Below are positions 1-13,507 of a stretch of DNA of 52,842 nucleotides, piece after piece (positions within the stretch are counted from its first letter, which is position 1; each line of letters begins with the position of its first letter). The position numbers and the translations under genes are program-made. The DNA is from Sphaeroforma arctica JP610. Its lineage: Eukaryota. The notes under the pieces were generated by a model. That model did not search any database. It saw only the letters and a list, made by a program, of their open reading frames with translations, and was not told where the DNA came from. The stretch lies in assembly GCF_001186125.1 (NCBI RefSeq), contig NW_014040455.1:43741-96582 (forward strand). The letters run 5' to 3'.

Positions 1-11
1 TAGTAATATAT

Positions 12-56
<45 letters not shown>

Positions 57-180
57 ATTATATATATTATATTTATGTGTATAAGTATATATATATATTT
101 ATATATATATATACGTGTGTGTGTGTGTGTTGTGCATGTGTTTGTGTGTGTGCGTTTATGTGTATATGTTTATTGTTGTG
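1..180. repeat. (TA)n/(TG)n microsatellite, probably intronic
   Basis: Direct inspection; ORF 77..292 is largely a translation of this repeat. Confidence 0.95.
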
Positions 181-316
181 TACGTATTTCGTTCATGGTC
201 GAAATATAGACCCTTTTTGTTGGAATCAGAGAGTATCCAAAGTGTATTTCCCTGACATTCACGTGCGAGGAGAATGTATTCCTCACACGTGAGTCCTTCT
301 TATTCACTGGCTGCAG

Positions 317-3300
317 ACACTAAATCCCTCGCTAGAGTTCAGCAAAGAACTGTTCACGGCCTTGTTGACGGATACAATCCTACGAAAACCGAATGCGTAT
401 GTTTACTAGTTTCACACATGCTACGTGAATAATTGAATAATTGAATAGTTAAATCTATTCCTTTATGGATATTTGGTACAAGTCAGAAGTAGGTAGCCCA
501 CATGTCTGCACTAGCAACTTTCAGAGATGCATGGTGTGTGCTCACTGCGCTCAGAATGACGCCGACGGCAGTTCAATTTACACAGCTTAGCCATGCCGAG
601 CGACTTCTCTCGCTCATGCAGTTGCATACTCGTTGTCTTACTATATCTTTTTCAATAGGATCAAACAAAATGACTTGACTGTGTTTTCGTGGGAGAAGGG
701 TGACGCCGCCAGTGTCTTCACGCGCGATGAAGCGGTGCTGAGCTTCCAAAAATCAGCCGTTGGAAACTACAAATGGAAGTTCAAATTGAGCAGGTACGAT
801 AAAAGTGCAGTGTATTTAGCCGTTTGCTGGATGCTTGTGCCCGTATTGCGAAGATAAAAAGTTCTGAAAGTTTTAAGGAAATGACAATGTGGCATGCCCT
901 ACAGCTTTGTACTGCATGGTTTGCAGAAGTGCAGTAAGTTTAAGTGACTTCACTGGAGCCGACTCTGTACTGTGTGGCAAATGGTTGGAGTGTTAAGCTG
1001 CGTAGAACCGCAACTATGCGGGCTTGATCATGGGATTAGATAATAGGGTTAAATATAAGCTTAGTGGTATGATGGTGGCCCCATGTGAGTAACCTCAAGG
1101 GCACAGCACAGGTCTACCACCTCGGCACACTGATAGCCCTCAATCTAATATTACTCTACTCATAGTTACCCCAAGAAACCCTTAAGTAGGAATAATACAT
1201 TGTATATTTTAAGGCGTAGTATTAAATTTTACTGGGCTAGTTATGAGTATATTTATAGATGAGCAGTCAGTTAGGAAATATGAAATGATCAGAGGTAGAT
1301 AGTTTATAGGCGATGGGCTACATGACGGGCAAGTTCATTGCAATCTGCGAAACTGACTGAAACAGTAGCCTTGCTACCTTTAACCTCTCGAAAGACTCGC
1401 ATGCACCATCATAGCCGTTTATATCCGCAGCACTCATAGTGGTGCAACAACTTGTACAACCGAAGCATTGATTATAAGTATACCTTCACATTTCATTCCT
1501 GGTCTCTTCATGACTGATAATACAAAGAAGTGAGTTGGGTGGAGAGGTACTTGCCCAACACTTGGTGCAACCGATGGCAGCTCTGATCAATGTCCTAGTC
1601 ACAGAGCGAGACGATCTTATAGGTAGGTGAGAATACGTTTACTCAGTACAGATAGCTCACTTCAGGCGTTCTGTATTCGCGCAGCACACAACCCCATAAA
1701 TAGCTACAGGACATTCAAAATATTGTCATAATTATAGTTATCTGAGTACAAATCTGTTGTTCTGAATAGTTGTGACTACAAATGACTATACGTACGTGCT
1801 GACGATTTCTAAACTCGGAACATCTCTGATGTACAGTCATTGTGCTTTTCATTATATGTTCGCTTTTCAGTTCTCAAAGAGCGTTTACGCACCGACTCCG
1901 CCGCTTTTGGCGTGCATAGTTGTCTGTTTGTAACTGCCAGTACGAAATTAATCCTGTATGTTTTTTCACTATTAAGATTGAAAGCCGATGTCGCGGGGTT
2001 GTACTCGTGTTACACATATGATGTGAAAACGGAGCACTAATGTATATCTATTTCATTTTCGCAGAAGTTGTCAAGGCGAAGTCTGAGGACATACACAATG
2101 CAAAGAAACTCTTGGGAGAAATCGACAGAAAGAAGTTTAGGAGCTCAAAGTTTGATGGGAAAGCCTTCAGAGCTGTATGTTTTGAAAAGGTATTGCTTTG
2201 AAATCATTCTATCACCTGTACAGGCTTATAGCATCGTTGTTATACACCCTGCAAGGCAGTACGCTCTCGGACAACCGCTGTAGACTAAGCTCTTTTAGGT
2301 GTATCACCGTAAATAGTACTGATCGCCTCCCATCACGACGTGCGCCCACACTATGTTCTGTTTTCTGAGGAAGTCGATATAGCTTACAAGCGATCTGGCG
2401 GCTTCCCACAATAGAAGCTCGTATATCGAATGTATTGGGGGCCACCTATAAGCTTTGCTTAAAATGAATGCTTTTCTACTTTAATATTGTAGACTATGAA
2501 GAGTGATGGTTTCAGGCGTCCGATAGAGCGCCTACTAGGAGCCGAGGGAGACTTCCAAGCACGCTATAGTGACATGCAAAATGGGATACAAACTGCGCAC
2601 GCACATCCAGGTATATGGTGACTGATAGCTTCTCTGGGCACGCGAATATTTAGTGGCTGCGGTGCGCGATTCCATGTTTTGTCACGTGGTATTGTACGGT
2701 ACAAGTGCCATTGGCCCATTTAGATGACTGGCAATCCGGTCTTAAGTCGCATGAGCGGGGGTCATATGCATGTGTCATTTGTGCGGATTGATGGCAGTGC
2801 GTTACTACATCAGCACTTTCAACTCTGCAGCGAAGCGCTACTAATATCTTTCTGAATAACAGTCCGGAACCGCCACTGCCGTGCTTCTGAAATAGTAAAA
2901 CTATGGCCCGACTTCACATTGCTTGCAATTCGTTAAAAAATATTATCCTGCTATTATCAATGCACATACACTTGATACTCGCATCCCCCCTCTTCAATTT
3001 ATGTATTGAGGCGTAATGATATAGATAGTAACTACAATTAACGCCGACTACTCCTTATTCTATTTATAGCACCCATAATCATGGAGACCCCCAGCGGCAA
3101 CCTCGCCTTCTCGGACCCCGTGGCTGCACCTGTACGCAGCGCATTTAAACGAGGTGCAGTTTCCAGTACTCTTCCCAGACGAAGTTCGGTACAAATCCAT
3201 GATTCGGTTCCACCATCTGCTATGATAGGTGAAGTGATACCATTTGCGGAAACAGTCGACATTCAAGTACCAAATGCGAGTCATGATAATGCGGAAGTGG

Positions 3301-3440
3301 TTGCCGAGGTCGCCCCAGCCTTGCAGACCGATCTCGTGGGTTTGGCGGAGGAGAACGAGACCCAAAGTCAAGCAGTGGTTCAAGATGTGAAGTTACCTAC
3401 CAGTAGACCGAAGAAGCGGAAAAAGCGAAACATAAACTAA
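317..3440 (+). CDS. NHEJ1: XLF/Cernunnos-like NHEJ factor, 5'-partial; exons 317-396, 659-793, 1528-1622, 2065-2174, 2493-2610, 3070-3440
   Basis: Six GT-AG exons join in consistent phase: TLNPSLEFSKELFTALL...EAVLSFQKSAVGNYKWKFKLSRSELGGEVLAQHLVQPMAALINVLVTERDDLIEVVKAKSEDIHNAKKLLGEIDRKKFRSSKFDGKAFRA...FQARYSDM, then a disordered tail ending PKKRKKRNIN*. This follows the XLF pattern (ELNKRL; W-x-F; VSQHLIRPL; coiled coil K-D-x-E-I; R-L-K-T-x-x-F; basic C-terminal Ku-binding motif). The start lies upstream of the window. Confidence 0.7.
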
Positions 3441-5531
3441 AAGTGAGAAAGAGTTGCGCACAAAGGCAAAATGCATGCTAAAAGTTCGCCATCAAAATAC
3501 ATACAAGGCAAGAATTGGGCATTTATTTATTTCTGTGCATTGGTACGTAGTTGCACATGCGTTCTTAATAGCTGTTCCTATATATGGCATAGTGCAAGTT
3601 TGTAGCGAGATATACAGGAAGCTACCTCTGCCCAGGCTCATATAGTAGTAAGCGTCTACGTGGTCTGCGATTAGAGAACTGTCCTCTCACTCATATGAAC
3701 ATTTCCTCAAGATAGGCGATGTGCATGCCTAATGGTGGTGCATGTTTCATATCGAACCAGACATGCGCGTTCTCTTTAACCGACCCATGAGTCGTTATCG
3801 TGTTACATTTATAAATGAAGTCGTCGTATAGTTTGGCGCAGTTATGGTCATATCTGCCTGCCAATGAGCACTATACTTGTGGTGTTGTCTGCAGCTCCCT
3901 TCCTGTTGGGCATGAGATGAGGTGCGTAGAAACGCCGTGACAATCTCCGCAGGTATTCACTGTTGCGCACTTTCACAAGTGCCACAGTAGTTCGCATTCT
4001 CGGCCTGAGCCTGTCTGCAATTGGTGCCGAAACTAGACCCTGGTGCGGTAGGTGCTTGCAAAAGATGGGGCGGGAGAATACGCAGCGTGGCTTTGACTAT
4101 CCGTACCCTGAAGAGGTCCCATTGTCGCTACAGCGGGCGGTTGATGCGTTTGGTATGAGGGAAATGGTTGGTGCGTGGAGTAGGGATATGGTACACATAT
4201 ACTGTGCACATAAAAGTTCCACAGCACTGTTATATGCAGCCAAACGACTCAAATTCGAGCTTCTTGTGTGAACATTGGTAGACCTGCGATGCCTCTACCA
4301 TCTGTAGCCCGTACCCGAAACACTGGTACAGCAATGAATATATTCACCACACTCACATTCCTCTGAATCCCTCATTGTGGAATTCGCTATAGTATGCCAA
4401 TACTGCCTCTGGTGCCCACTCATTGGTCAGTTTTACATCCCGACTGAGGTTGCGGATTTCTATACCCACCGGTTGCGCCGATGCATTGTCCTGCAACCCC
4501 TTATCTACAGTAATACTGCGGTGGGGAAGGAGATTGGACGAACGACAATGTTTGCTGTGTCATTATGTGTCAACAAGCGCTGGTGTTGGCGAATGTACGC
4601 ACCCGATCATACTTCTCTCGACACTATTTATATACTCGCGCAATTCAATAAATCCACCTCAACCCTTTTTGAAAAGCTTTATCGGACGATCTGCTCAATC
4701 AGCTGACTCGGCTGAGGAGATATACTATTTACAGCTTTTTGGCGCGCAAATCCTTTTCTAAGAAAAAACATTGTTTTCAATCTCTCGTATGGTGCAAAGG
4801 GGCAAGAACCTGCCCCTTTGGGCTTTGAGGGGTTATATTTTGATCATACACAAGAGTCATAGACATGTCAATAATTGTACAATCCCGATTTTTTACAACG
4901 GCTACGGTTTCCTCTCGTTATTCCCAACAACAGCTCTTTTCGGTTCAAAGTTTTTCAAAAAGTTACAGCCGATTCATTATTATTTCCTTTTTTTTTTAAA
5001 TGAACATAGTGTACAGTAAATAATATATACATAACAAGTTTACATCAATAAGGACCACGTACTGATCCGAGAGTGAGGACTGCAACTGTGGCCGTTCATC
5101 CCTATAGAATGAGACTGGCCCACTTGAAGCAAGAAACTGCCGATATTCAAACGCCGTAAATGGCACTGAATATGTTGGGGAACCCTGTACACCGTTTTAC
5201 AAATCAAAAGTGCTTCACCTGTTGGGCAATATACAACAATTGACTGATACAGAATTCCTACATACAACGACGTGCAAATGATCAAACCACGCAAAACGAT
5301 CACAACATTGCATAATATCAGGTTTTATTCTTACTGGCGTCCTAATGTCAGGTAATTCCATAACCAGTTTCCGTCTGATATCGCTCTCTAAGTGTTTACG
5401 ACGGGATAGGGGGGAGCTCCAAAAATGGCGTTCTACCCCGGGTGCTCCGTATTGCCGAAAGAACTGCGCTGCATTGCGCTATATGCAAGAACATAGTTAT
5501 AATCGTAGCATAGCTTATCGTGACAACACGC

Positions 5532-8500
5532 TTATGATCGTCCGTAGGGGTTGTATCGGGAGTCTCTCGAGCTTCCTCCACGGCCTCCACCACTAGAATA
5601 GGTGCTGCTGCCGCCGCCGTATCCGCTGGACTTATCGTCGTAACCACCACTCGCACCGTAGCCGGCACCGTAAGCTCCCTGGGCGCTACCTTGCGCAGCG
5701 TAACCGGAGGCTGCAATGTTAAGAAATATCAAAACATCAGCTGGATTCTATCGTATTCTTTTTTCATCTTTTAACAGTCTGTTTGTTAAACATTCTGACA
5801 GGAACTACTAACCATATTCTGCGATACATTTCTTATCGGTTTCCTGATAAAGCCGAGGCAAACCAACCCCTGCAATTATTGTCATAAACTCCACTTTAGC
5901 TCTGTATGGAGCGATATAACCCGATTTTAAGATCTCGATAACACTGGTATCGAGAGCTACACTGTACAAAATGAAATACCAATTAGACATGAGGTTTGAG
6001 CACACCTCGCCCCTCACATTCCCAATCTCAAGTTCATCACATTCGCACGTTTACCAATCACACAAAGTACTTACCGTCGTAAGAATCATAGCCGCCCTGA
6101 GAATATCCTCCCGTCGAAGCCTGACCATACTGATCGTAGCCGTAGCTATCTCCATACCCAGCAGTTGAGCCTCGTGCAGAGTCGCCACCGGCTGCACCTC
6201 TGCCATAACCACTGCTGGCGCTCTGGTCACCGTAGCCGTAGCCATCCCAGGCACCGCCGCCGGCACTGGCACCGTACGCACCACTGGAACCTTGTGCGTA
6301 GGGATCGGCACCCCAACCACCTCCACCGGACTGTGTACGAAGATTAGAAAATGAAAAGAATTAGAAATTGGCTGCAGATCTGCAAGATTAACAAATTTAA
6401 TCGCAATAGTTAGTTGATTGATATGTATTGATCGACCCGGATCCAATAAAGGGAGAGCAAAACACGGCGTAAAACATAACAACTATCTCTTGTCTGACTC
6501 ACTCGTAAAAGATCAGTCACGATGAAGCAGAACAGCTATACCATACCTGTTGTCCGTACTGGTCGTAGCCAGAGTTGTATCCTCCTCTGCTTCCGCGCGA
6601 GTCATAGCCGCCACCTCGACTGGAACCGCCGTTCTGGTGCCCACCTCGACCACCGCCGTAACTGCTACCGCCTCGACTAGACGCTCCGAACTTACCTCCC
6701 CCGTACGAGGATTGTCCTCCATATCCACCACTTTGGTACCCACCTGCGCCTCTCTGGCCGTGACTGCTACCGCCGTATGAGGGGTTGCCGCCGTAGCCAC
6801 CGCCGTAGCCGCCGCGACCACCGGATTGGAAGCCGCCGGGTCGGTTGGAGTCGCTTCTGCAGGTGGAATGGGTGGTGAACACAAGTTCCGCAAGTGGGGG
6901 TATGCATTAGATGGGATGAGTGCGCACACGTTTTAAGGTGGTCGGATAGTACTATCCTATCACCAAACAACAGGACTGGGGGGGTGTAGGAATGTGAGAA
7001 AAGCGTGACAAGGGCATGAACTAGTATTAAACGCGCAGCAGCACCCACGTACACAACTTCAATATCGTATGACAAGTGTCCAAGAACATACCGTGGTTCG
7101 GCCTTTTTGACCTCGATCTCTTTGCCATCCACCTCATAGTATTGCTTCTGAACGACTGTGTCTACAACACTCGCTTCGGTGAAGCTTACGAATCCAAAAC
7201 CTCTCAACCTCTGAAAAGTGTAAAAAAAATACACACGATCAGATGCATGTAAATATAAGGTAACGATACGTTTGCTGTAGCCAGACGCAGCTTACAAGAG
7301 CAAGATATGAATACCCTAATTCCATTATCTAGAATAAAGAATGTTTTAATAAAACTGGCGAATTTCGGACCCCCACCTTGCAATAAACGAATTCTTCGCT
7401 CATTGCGAAGTACCAACATCACAAAAACCACCAACGACGACACCACGACGGAAATTGAATCATGCCAGTGACCATATTCTAGTGCCTCAAAACATTGAAA
7501 TACTAAAATTCCCGTTCTTAGCTACCACCCTAAAACCTAAAGCTGCTACCCACCTGTGTAAACTTGTCCTTCATAATCACCACATCGTCCACCTTTCCGA
7601 ACTTGCCGAAGAATGTGGTTAAGCTCTCCTCCGTAGTCTCCGGGGAAAGTCCACCCACGAAAATTTTCATGGTCTTGATCAGAGGTCGTTCTGAGTCTCT
7701 TCTGATGGCTCTCTGTGGTACGGCTGGTTTGGGGTCGATTGTGCGCTCATCGATGGTATGGGGTCCAGCGCCCATTACTTTCTCAACTGACTTGGGATCG
7801 GCGAATGTAAGGAACCCAAATCCTCTGTAAAGTGGACAGATATATTCAAACTATTAAGTAAAACAAATCAAAAAAGGGGGCACTATATACATATNNNNNN
7901 NNNNNNNNNNNNNNNNNNNNNNNNNNNNNNNNNNNNNNNNNNNNNNNNNNNNNNNNNNNNNNNNNNNNNNNNNNNNNNNNNNNNNNNNNNNNNNNNNNNN
8001 NNNNNNNNNNNNNNNNNNNNNNNNNNNNNNNNNNNNNNNNNNNNNNNNNNNNNNNNNNNNNNNNNNNNNNNNNNNNNNNNNNNNNNNNNNNNNNNNNNNN
8101 NNNNNNNNNNNNNNNNNNNNNNNNNNNNNNNNNNNNNNNNNNNNNNNNNNNNNNNNNNNNNNNNNNNNNNNNNNNNNNNNNNNNNNNNNNNNNNNNNNNN
8201 NNNNNNNNNNNNNNNNNNNNNNNNNNNNNNNNNNNNNNNNNNNNNNNNNNNNNNNNNNNNNNNNNNNNNNNNNNNNNNNNNNNNNNNNNNNNNNNNNNNN
8301 NNNNNNNNNNNNNNNNNNNNNNNNNNNNNNNNNNNNNNNNNNNNNNNNNNNNNNNNNNNNNNNNNNNNNNNNNNNNNNNNNNNNNNNNNNNNNNNNNNNN
8401 NNNNNNNNNNNNNNNNNNNNNNNNNNNNNNNNNNNNNNNNNNNNNNNNNNNNNNNNNNNNNNNNNNNNNNNNNNNNNNNNNNNNNNNNNNNNNNNNNNNN

Positions 8501-8827
8501 NNNNNNNNNNNNNNNNNNNNNNNNNNNNNNNNNNNNNNNNNNNNNNNNNNNNNNNNNNNNNNNNNNNNNNNNNNNNNNNNNNNNNNNNNNNNNNNNNNNN
8601 NNNNNNNNNNNNNNNNNNNNNNNNNNNNNNNNNNNNNNNNNNNNNNNNNNNNNNNNNNNNNNNNNNNNNNNNNNNNNNNNNNNNNNNNNNNNNNNNNNNN
8701 NNNNNNNNNNNNNNNNNNNNNNNNNNNNNNNNNNNNNNNNNNNNNNNNNNNNNNNNNNNNNNNNNNNNNNNNNNNNNNTGTGTGTGTGTGTGTATGTGTG
8801 TGTGTATTATATATATATATATGTGTA

Positions 8828-8861
<34 letters not shown>

Positions 8862-8923
8862 TATATGTGTGTGAGTGTGTGTGCGTGTGTGTGTGTATGT
8901 GTAGGTGGGTGTGTGTGTATGTA

Positions 8924-8961
<38 letters not shown>

Positions 8962-10422
8962 ACATGTGTGTATGCTTATTGCATCTGTAGACTTAAAACG
9001 TTTGTGTCGATGATTATTGTACCTTGAGCGATCTCCTCCTGGAGTCATCATGATAACGGAATCGACAATCTCGCCGTATTTTCCAAAGTAGCTTTGTAGT
9101 GTCTCTGTGAAATAGAACAGGGGTGACATTTAATCTTCTGTACTACACCGCAGAAATCTTAATTCGTTTCAAAAATATGACTCGCAAACTGTTGTCTTTT
9201 ATAGCTTTTTCGCAAGGTTTCGCTTGTACAAACCCCTATGAAAAAAATCACTGCGTACTTGGCGTGTATTATTTGTAAACTTGAGTACACTAAGCTTCTC
9301 GCAATTTCCGATACGACTAAAGATCACTACGACAACTCGATGAGAACATTTACACACTAAAGTAACCTACCCTTCGTAGTATTCCAACTAAGGCCACCGA
9401 TAAACATTTTTCTAAAGTGGCAGATTTGGTGGAGAAGGTAGATTGATAATTAGCTAGACTGCGTCTTGTTCTAATTATCGTGCACCCCTTTGAGATTTGC
9501 CCTATGCAATATCTCGCGTATGAGGCCACGCACGATCTATCAGTGTGTTAGACTGTATCCTCCTAACCACGGGTCGAATTGATATGCTCTTTCGATCTTT
9601 CTCTACAGGCTATGTAGCTGGCTGCTTTCGATCTAACCTAGAAATACTTAAATCTCAAGAAGCTTGGACGTTATCCTCCGTAGGATGTATTAGTAAGGTA
9701 GCGGCAAAACTATTTCAACAGTGAGCACAAAATCCAGGCAAGTCGACTCGATATTCAACTTGAAAATGATAAAACAACGACATTCGAGGTTTGACTCGTG
9801 CAGCGGGTGCAGCACATGTTATTTCGTACAAATAAGGTCATCACAATAAGCACGAAGCCACTACATGACTGAATTACGGCCAATACAACGAAAATGCTGC
9901 AATATCGCTCCACCAAAGTGAACAAGCGGCGCCCAATCAAGTAAAAATAGCCAATCTTCCCATACATGAATTGAATTATTCAGCGCTAGCACAAACCTAC
10001 TCAAAATAGTATTTTTTTGATGTACGTGACAGCGAGTGTAACATGTGTGCGTGGCAACTGACAAGGAGACGATGCGGAACCACACAGAACTGTTCCCATT
10101 ACCTCTCACATATACAAAAATTCATGTCTACACGAATATCATATCTAAACGAATACACACACACGTACCCCTCGGTGCCATCACTTTCCGGCTTTTGGCT
10201 TGTATTCTCTTGGTTCGCATTGGGATCATTCTCTGTGTTCAATGCTTTGCTTTGCGCTGCATCGATGAGATCCTCTCCAGTTCCCACCTGCTCGTTGGCA
10301 TCTACACCCTCAGCCTCCTCTGCGGGAAGCTCTTCTCCGACCTCCTCTTCAGCCTCGATGGCATCGTTGTACAGATCATCCTCGACCTCGTTGTTGGCTT
10401 GAGTCTCTACGATGGCGTCCAT
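5532..10422 (-). CDS. 2xRRM RNA-binding protein, hnRNP A/B-D / Musashi / DAZAP1 / Hrp1 family (paralog 1, 503 aa); exons 10422-10169, 9411-9371, 9104-9023, 7824-7554, 7210-7092, 6856-6547, 6330-6075, 5710-5532
   Basis: Eight phase-consistent GT-AG exons. Acidic N-terminus; RRM1 KMFIGGLSW / RGFGFLTF; RRM2 KIFVGGLS / RGFGFVSF; Gly/Tyr/RGG-rich tail; PY-NLS-like end RDSRYNPYGRS*. An N gap lies inside intron 3. Confidence 0.93.
8779..8962. repeat. (TG)n/(TA)n microsatellite beside an assembly gap, intronic
   Basis: Direct inspection. Confidence 0.95.
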
Positions 10423-11084
10423 TGTGGTAGATATGTATATATCTGGCTATATCCGGATAATATAGTGTGGAGGATGATATCTATGCGCACGCAGACTAAT
10501 ACGTGTGTGTGTGTTGAGTGTGTGAGTAATGTAAGTCGTCTTGTGCCGCGTGCATCGATACAATTATTTTGGGCTCTCGCATAGCTGAACACAATTACAC
10601 ACAACTCAACAACGCGCAAGTCACACCCCCTCCACGGGCTCCAGTCTCTCACACAGCACCACACGAGAAAATAAAAACCAAGTTTTTAATTTCACACTGT
10701 CGTGTACACACAATGTCGATAAAAACCAGTGTTGATTTTCAGTCACAGACTCTCACTGCCTCACAGGACACAGTGGCCAGCAACTGGTAACTGGCAACTG
10801 GCATATTTAGACTTTTCTAAAAATAGTACACCATTAGTTTTTCAATAGCCAACTAGTCATTGGCCAGTGACACAGGTCACCCATGCGCGCGAGTATTTAT
10901 TTTTCCTTGCTCTTCTTGTACGAATGTACTTCCCAGTACATTTTCACGAGGTTTATTTGCACAGGAGGCCGGAGGGGTACAATTTAGAAGGCTCTATGTA
11001 TGATTTACACAGGACTAAATTGGTTGTTGTTGTTTTTTGTTGTCTTTTATGTTTTGTTGTTTTTTTATAAATATATATATTTAT

Positions 11085-11739
11085 AGGGGTGGACAACAAA
11101 AACATTGGCTTTTGGTGACTGGGATTTTTACAATAGAGGTTGACCCAGAGGAAGATTATTAATGTATGTTCATTGGTTGTTAAATAGCTTAAAATGTTCA
11201 TCTAGACGAGTTAGCCAAGCATTTTTAATCTCATCCCGATCGGTCTATTGGTTCAAAAGTTAGGGCAAATGCTGGTTTGTACCACAACTGGGTCAAACTA
11301 GCCATACGTAGGCGCTGTATAGGTCCATGTACACACATCCCATGCTCCTAGGATAAAAGTATGTTGCTTCAATACTCTTTGGGAGGATATATGTGCTCGC
11401 ACAGCGACTCTGGAGGTGTATTTCAGGTAACAATTTCTCTTCCTAGTATATTTATTAACATACTTTTATCCTAGGAGCATGAGATGGGTGTACATGGACC
11501 TACTCAGCGCCTACGTATGGCTAATTTAACCCAGTTGTGGTACAAACCAGTATTAGCCCTAACTTTTGAATCAATAGGCTGATCGGGATGAGATACAATT
11601 TGCGTGGCTAACTCGTCAAGACGAAAATTATAAGCTATTTAATGACCAATGAACGGCAATAATTAAAGTACCTCTGAGTCAACCTCTATAGTAAAAATCC
11701 ACGTCTTCAAAAAACCTACTGTTTTTGTAGTCCACCCCT
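11085..11739. mobile_element. Palindromic MITE (about 655 bp) with about 280-bp inverted arms
   Basis: 11085-11365 is the imperfect reverse complement of 11457-11739, around a ~90-bp spacer. Ends read AT|AGGGGTGGAC...GTCCACCCCT|AT (or TA|GGGG...CCCC|TA). No coding capacity. Confidence 0.9.
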
Positions 11740-13194
11740 ATGTAATTCTGATACAGTCAATTTTACTAAAAATAAATACTGAAACTGAGAGTCTGAGCGA
11801 CTGTAAATAATAATGCATTGACGCGAGAGAGAGCGACACAGTGTATATTTATCTCTTCAAGTTAGTAGATATGTTCTCATCCATAAGCTTCTCTTTATCT
11901 TTATACTCTGCCACATTTCGAATTCATGGTCTTGCCTCTATTTAGCTATACCTACCGGTCAATGGTAGCGTACAGTATTAACGTGCAAATCACATATTCG
12001 TGTCATAGTAGTAAATGCGTTTGAGTGGTGACGGTTCCTATTCAAACTCTATAATATGTTTCGAGGACACATCTCGTTGGATGTAATTAAATTTCTGGAG
12101 GGCATTCCTTGGTCACATTCACAGTATATTCTGCGACTGTGATTGTGTACTAGGCCGAGTACCAAATATCGGAATGAAACGGCATAAGAAGCTTACAATC
12201 TCACATTGATAAAAAAATTGCTCATGGCGAGGACTATATATAGATATTATATATATATATATATATACATATATATATAACTAAATCGCTGGTGTAGTTT
12301 GATCGTTTATTTCTTACGAGACGTCTATTGCAGTTTACTAACAAATGATGGGCGGTGGCAGTTTGGCAAATTGGTTACATCTGATAAGCTTTACAATTTG
12401 AGACGATATATGTTACGTTCTTTTTTAGAAGATTTCCATTCACGTAGCTTGTATTGTGGCTTTATCGAACTGTCCCGATCTTACGAATGTATTACATAAA
12501 ATATTGAAAACCAATCGCGGTTGCATTTTCCGTTTTGAGATTATGAAAAATGTTACATACCTGTCAGAATCGAAATCGTAGGAACGCTCATATTAAGCTA
12601 TTCAATTATTGTCTGAAAGCTAGTATATAGCACCTCTCTATGAGAGAGAAGAGATCCGAGTACTGAGTTAGAGATCCAACTTGGGTCTGAGGCTACTTTT
12701 CCTCTTGCCTGTCGGCCTGTAGCCTGTACGCCAGGAAGGTGTATTTACATGACAAATACCAACTAAAACGGAAGCTGGGCTGGTGTCCTCAGTCATGCCT
12801 CACGTTCTTGAATATGCTCTGTTTTTTTTTGATAAAAAATTGGTACCTAGTCAATTTCAAATTTGGACCGGTCCTAATTTCAGGGTGACTGGTGTCTATA
12901 TGCGATTGCGCGGGGCAAGTGACTCCCAGAGTGGGCATAAATAGCTTTGTTGGTTAGGTTATTCAGCGCGTGGGGATGGGGATGGGAATGTGTGAAAGTC
13001 GAAAAAGCCATGCGATCCGATCTTGGGGCCACCTACAGATATTCAAATACAGTCATAACTACACATTGTATAGATTAGATGGAGAGCTACAAACAGTGAA
13101 GTCAACACATAAATAACGTCTGCAATTGTATATATTTATTATATTAGGTCGTAGACGTGAGTATATCCTATTCCGTACACATTCGATAGTAAAC

Positions 13195-13475
13195 ATGTCA
13201 GGCACAGAGGTCAAGGACGAACAAAATGTCACCGAACAAGTCGATGATTCAGTTGATGAAGTGGTCGGTGAACAAACTGCAGAGGCAGAGGCGGTAGATA
13301 GTACTGAGAAAAACACAACTGAAACAGCAGATAGCAAAAAAACGGTAGCAGAAGCTGCGCCAAAGACGGATGAGGCGGCGAAGTCTGATAAGGCTGACAT
13401 CACTGGGTACGTTCGTGATGCTTGTTTACGCGGCATGTAGCAGCACCGAAACTGACGATGTTATTATCAATGTTG

Positions 13476-13507
<32 letters not shown>

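Noticed and set aside
230..288. Extra upstream exon of the XLF-like gene
   Set aside because: The frame needed to join exon 317 contains a TGA, and the intron would be only 28 nt.
6051..6929. Alternative-frame and antisense ORFs over the Gly-rich exons
   Set aside because: Shadow frames of GC-rich, low-complexity coding sequence.
7846..9129. 427-aa ORF, and similar long ORFs at 30870-32069
   Set aside because: Length is inflated by N gaps; only parts are real coding sequence.
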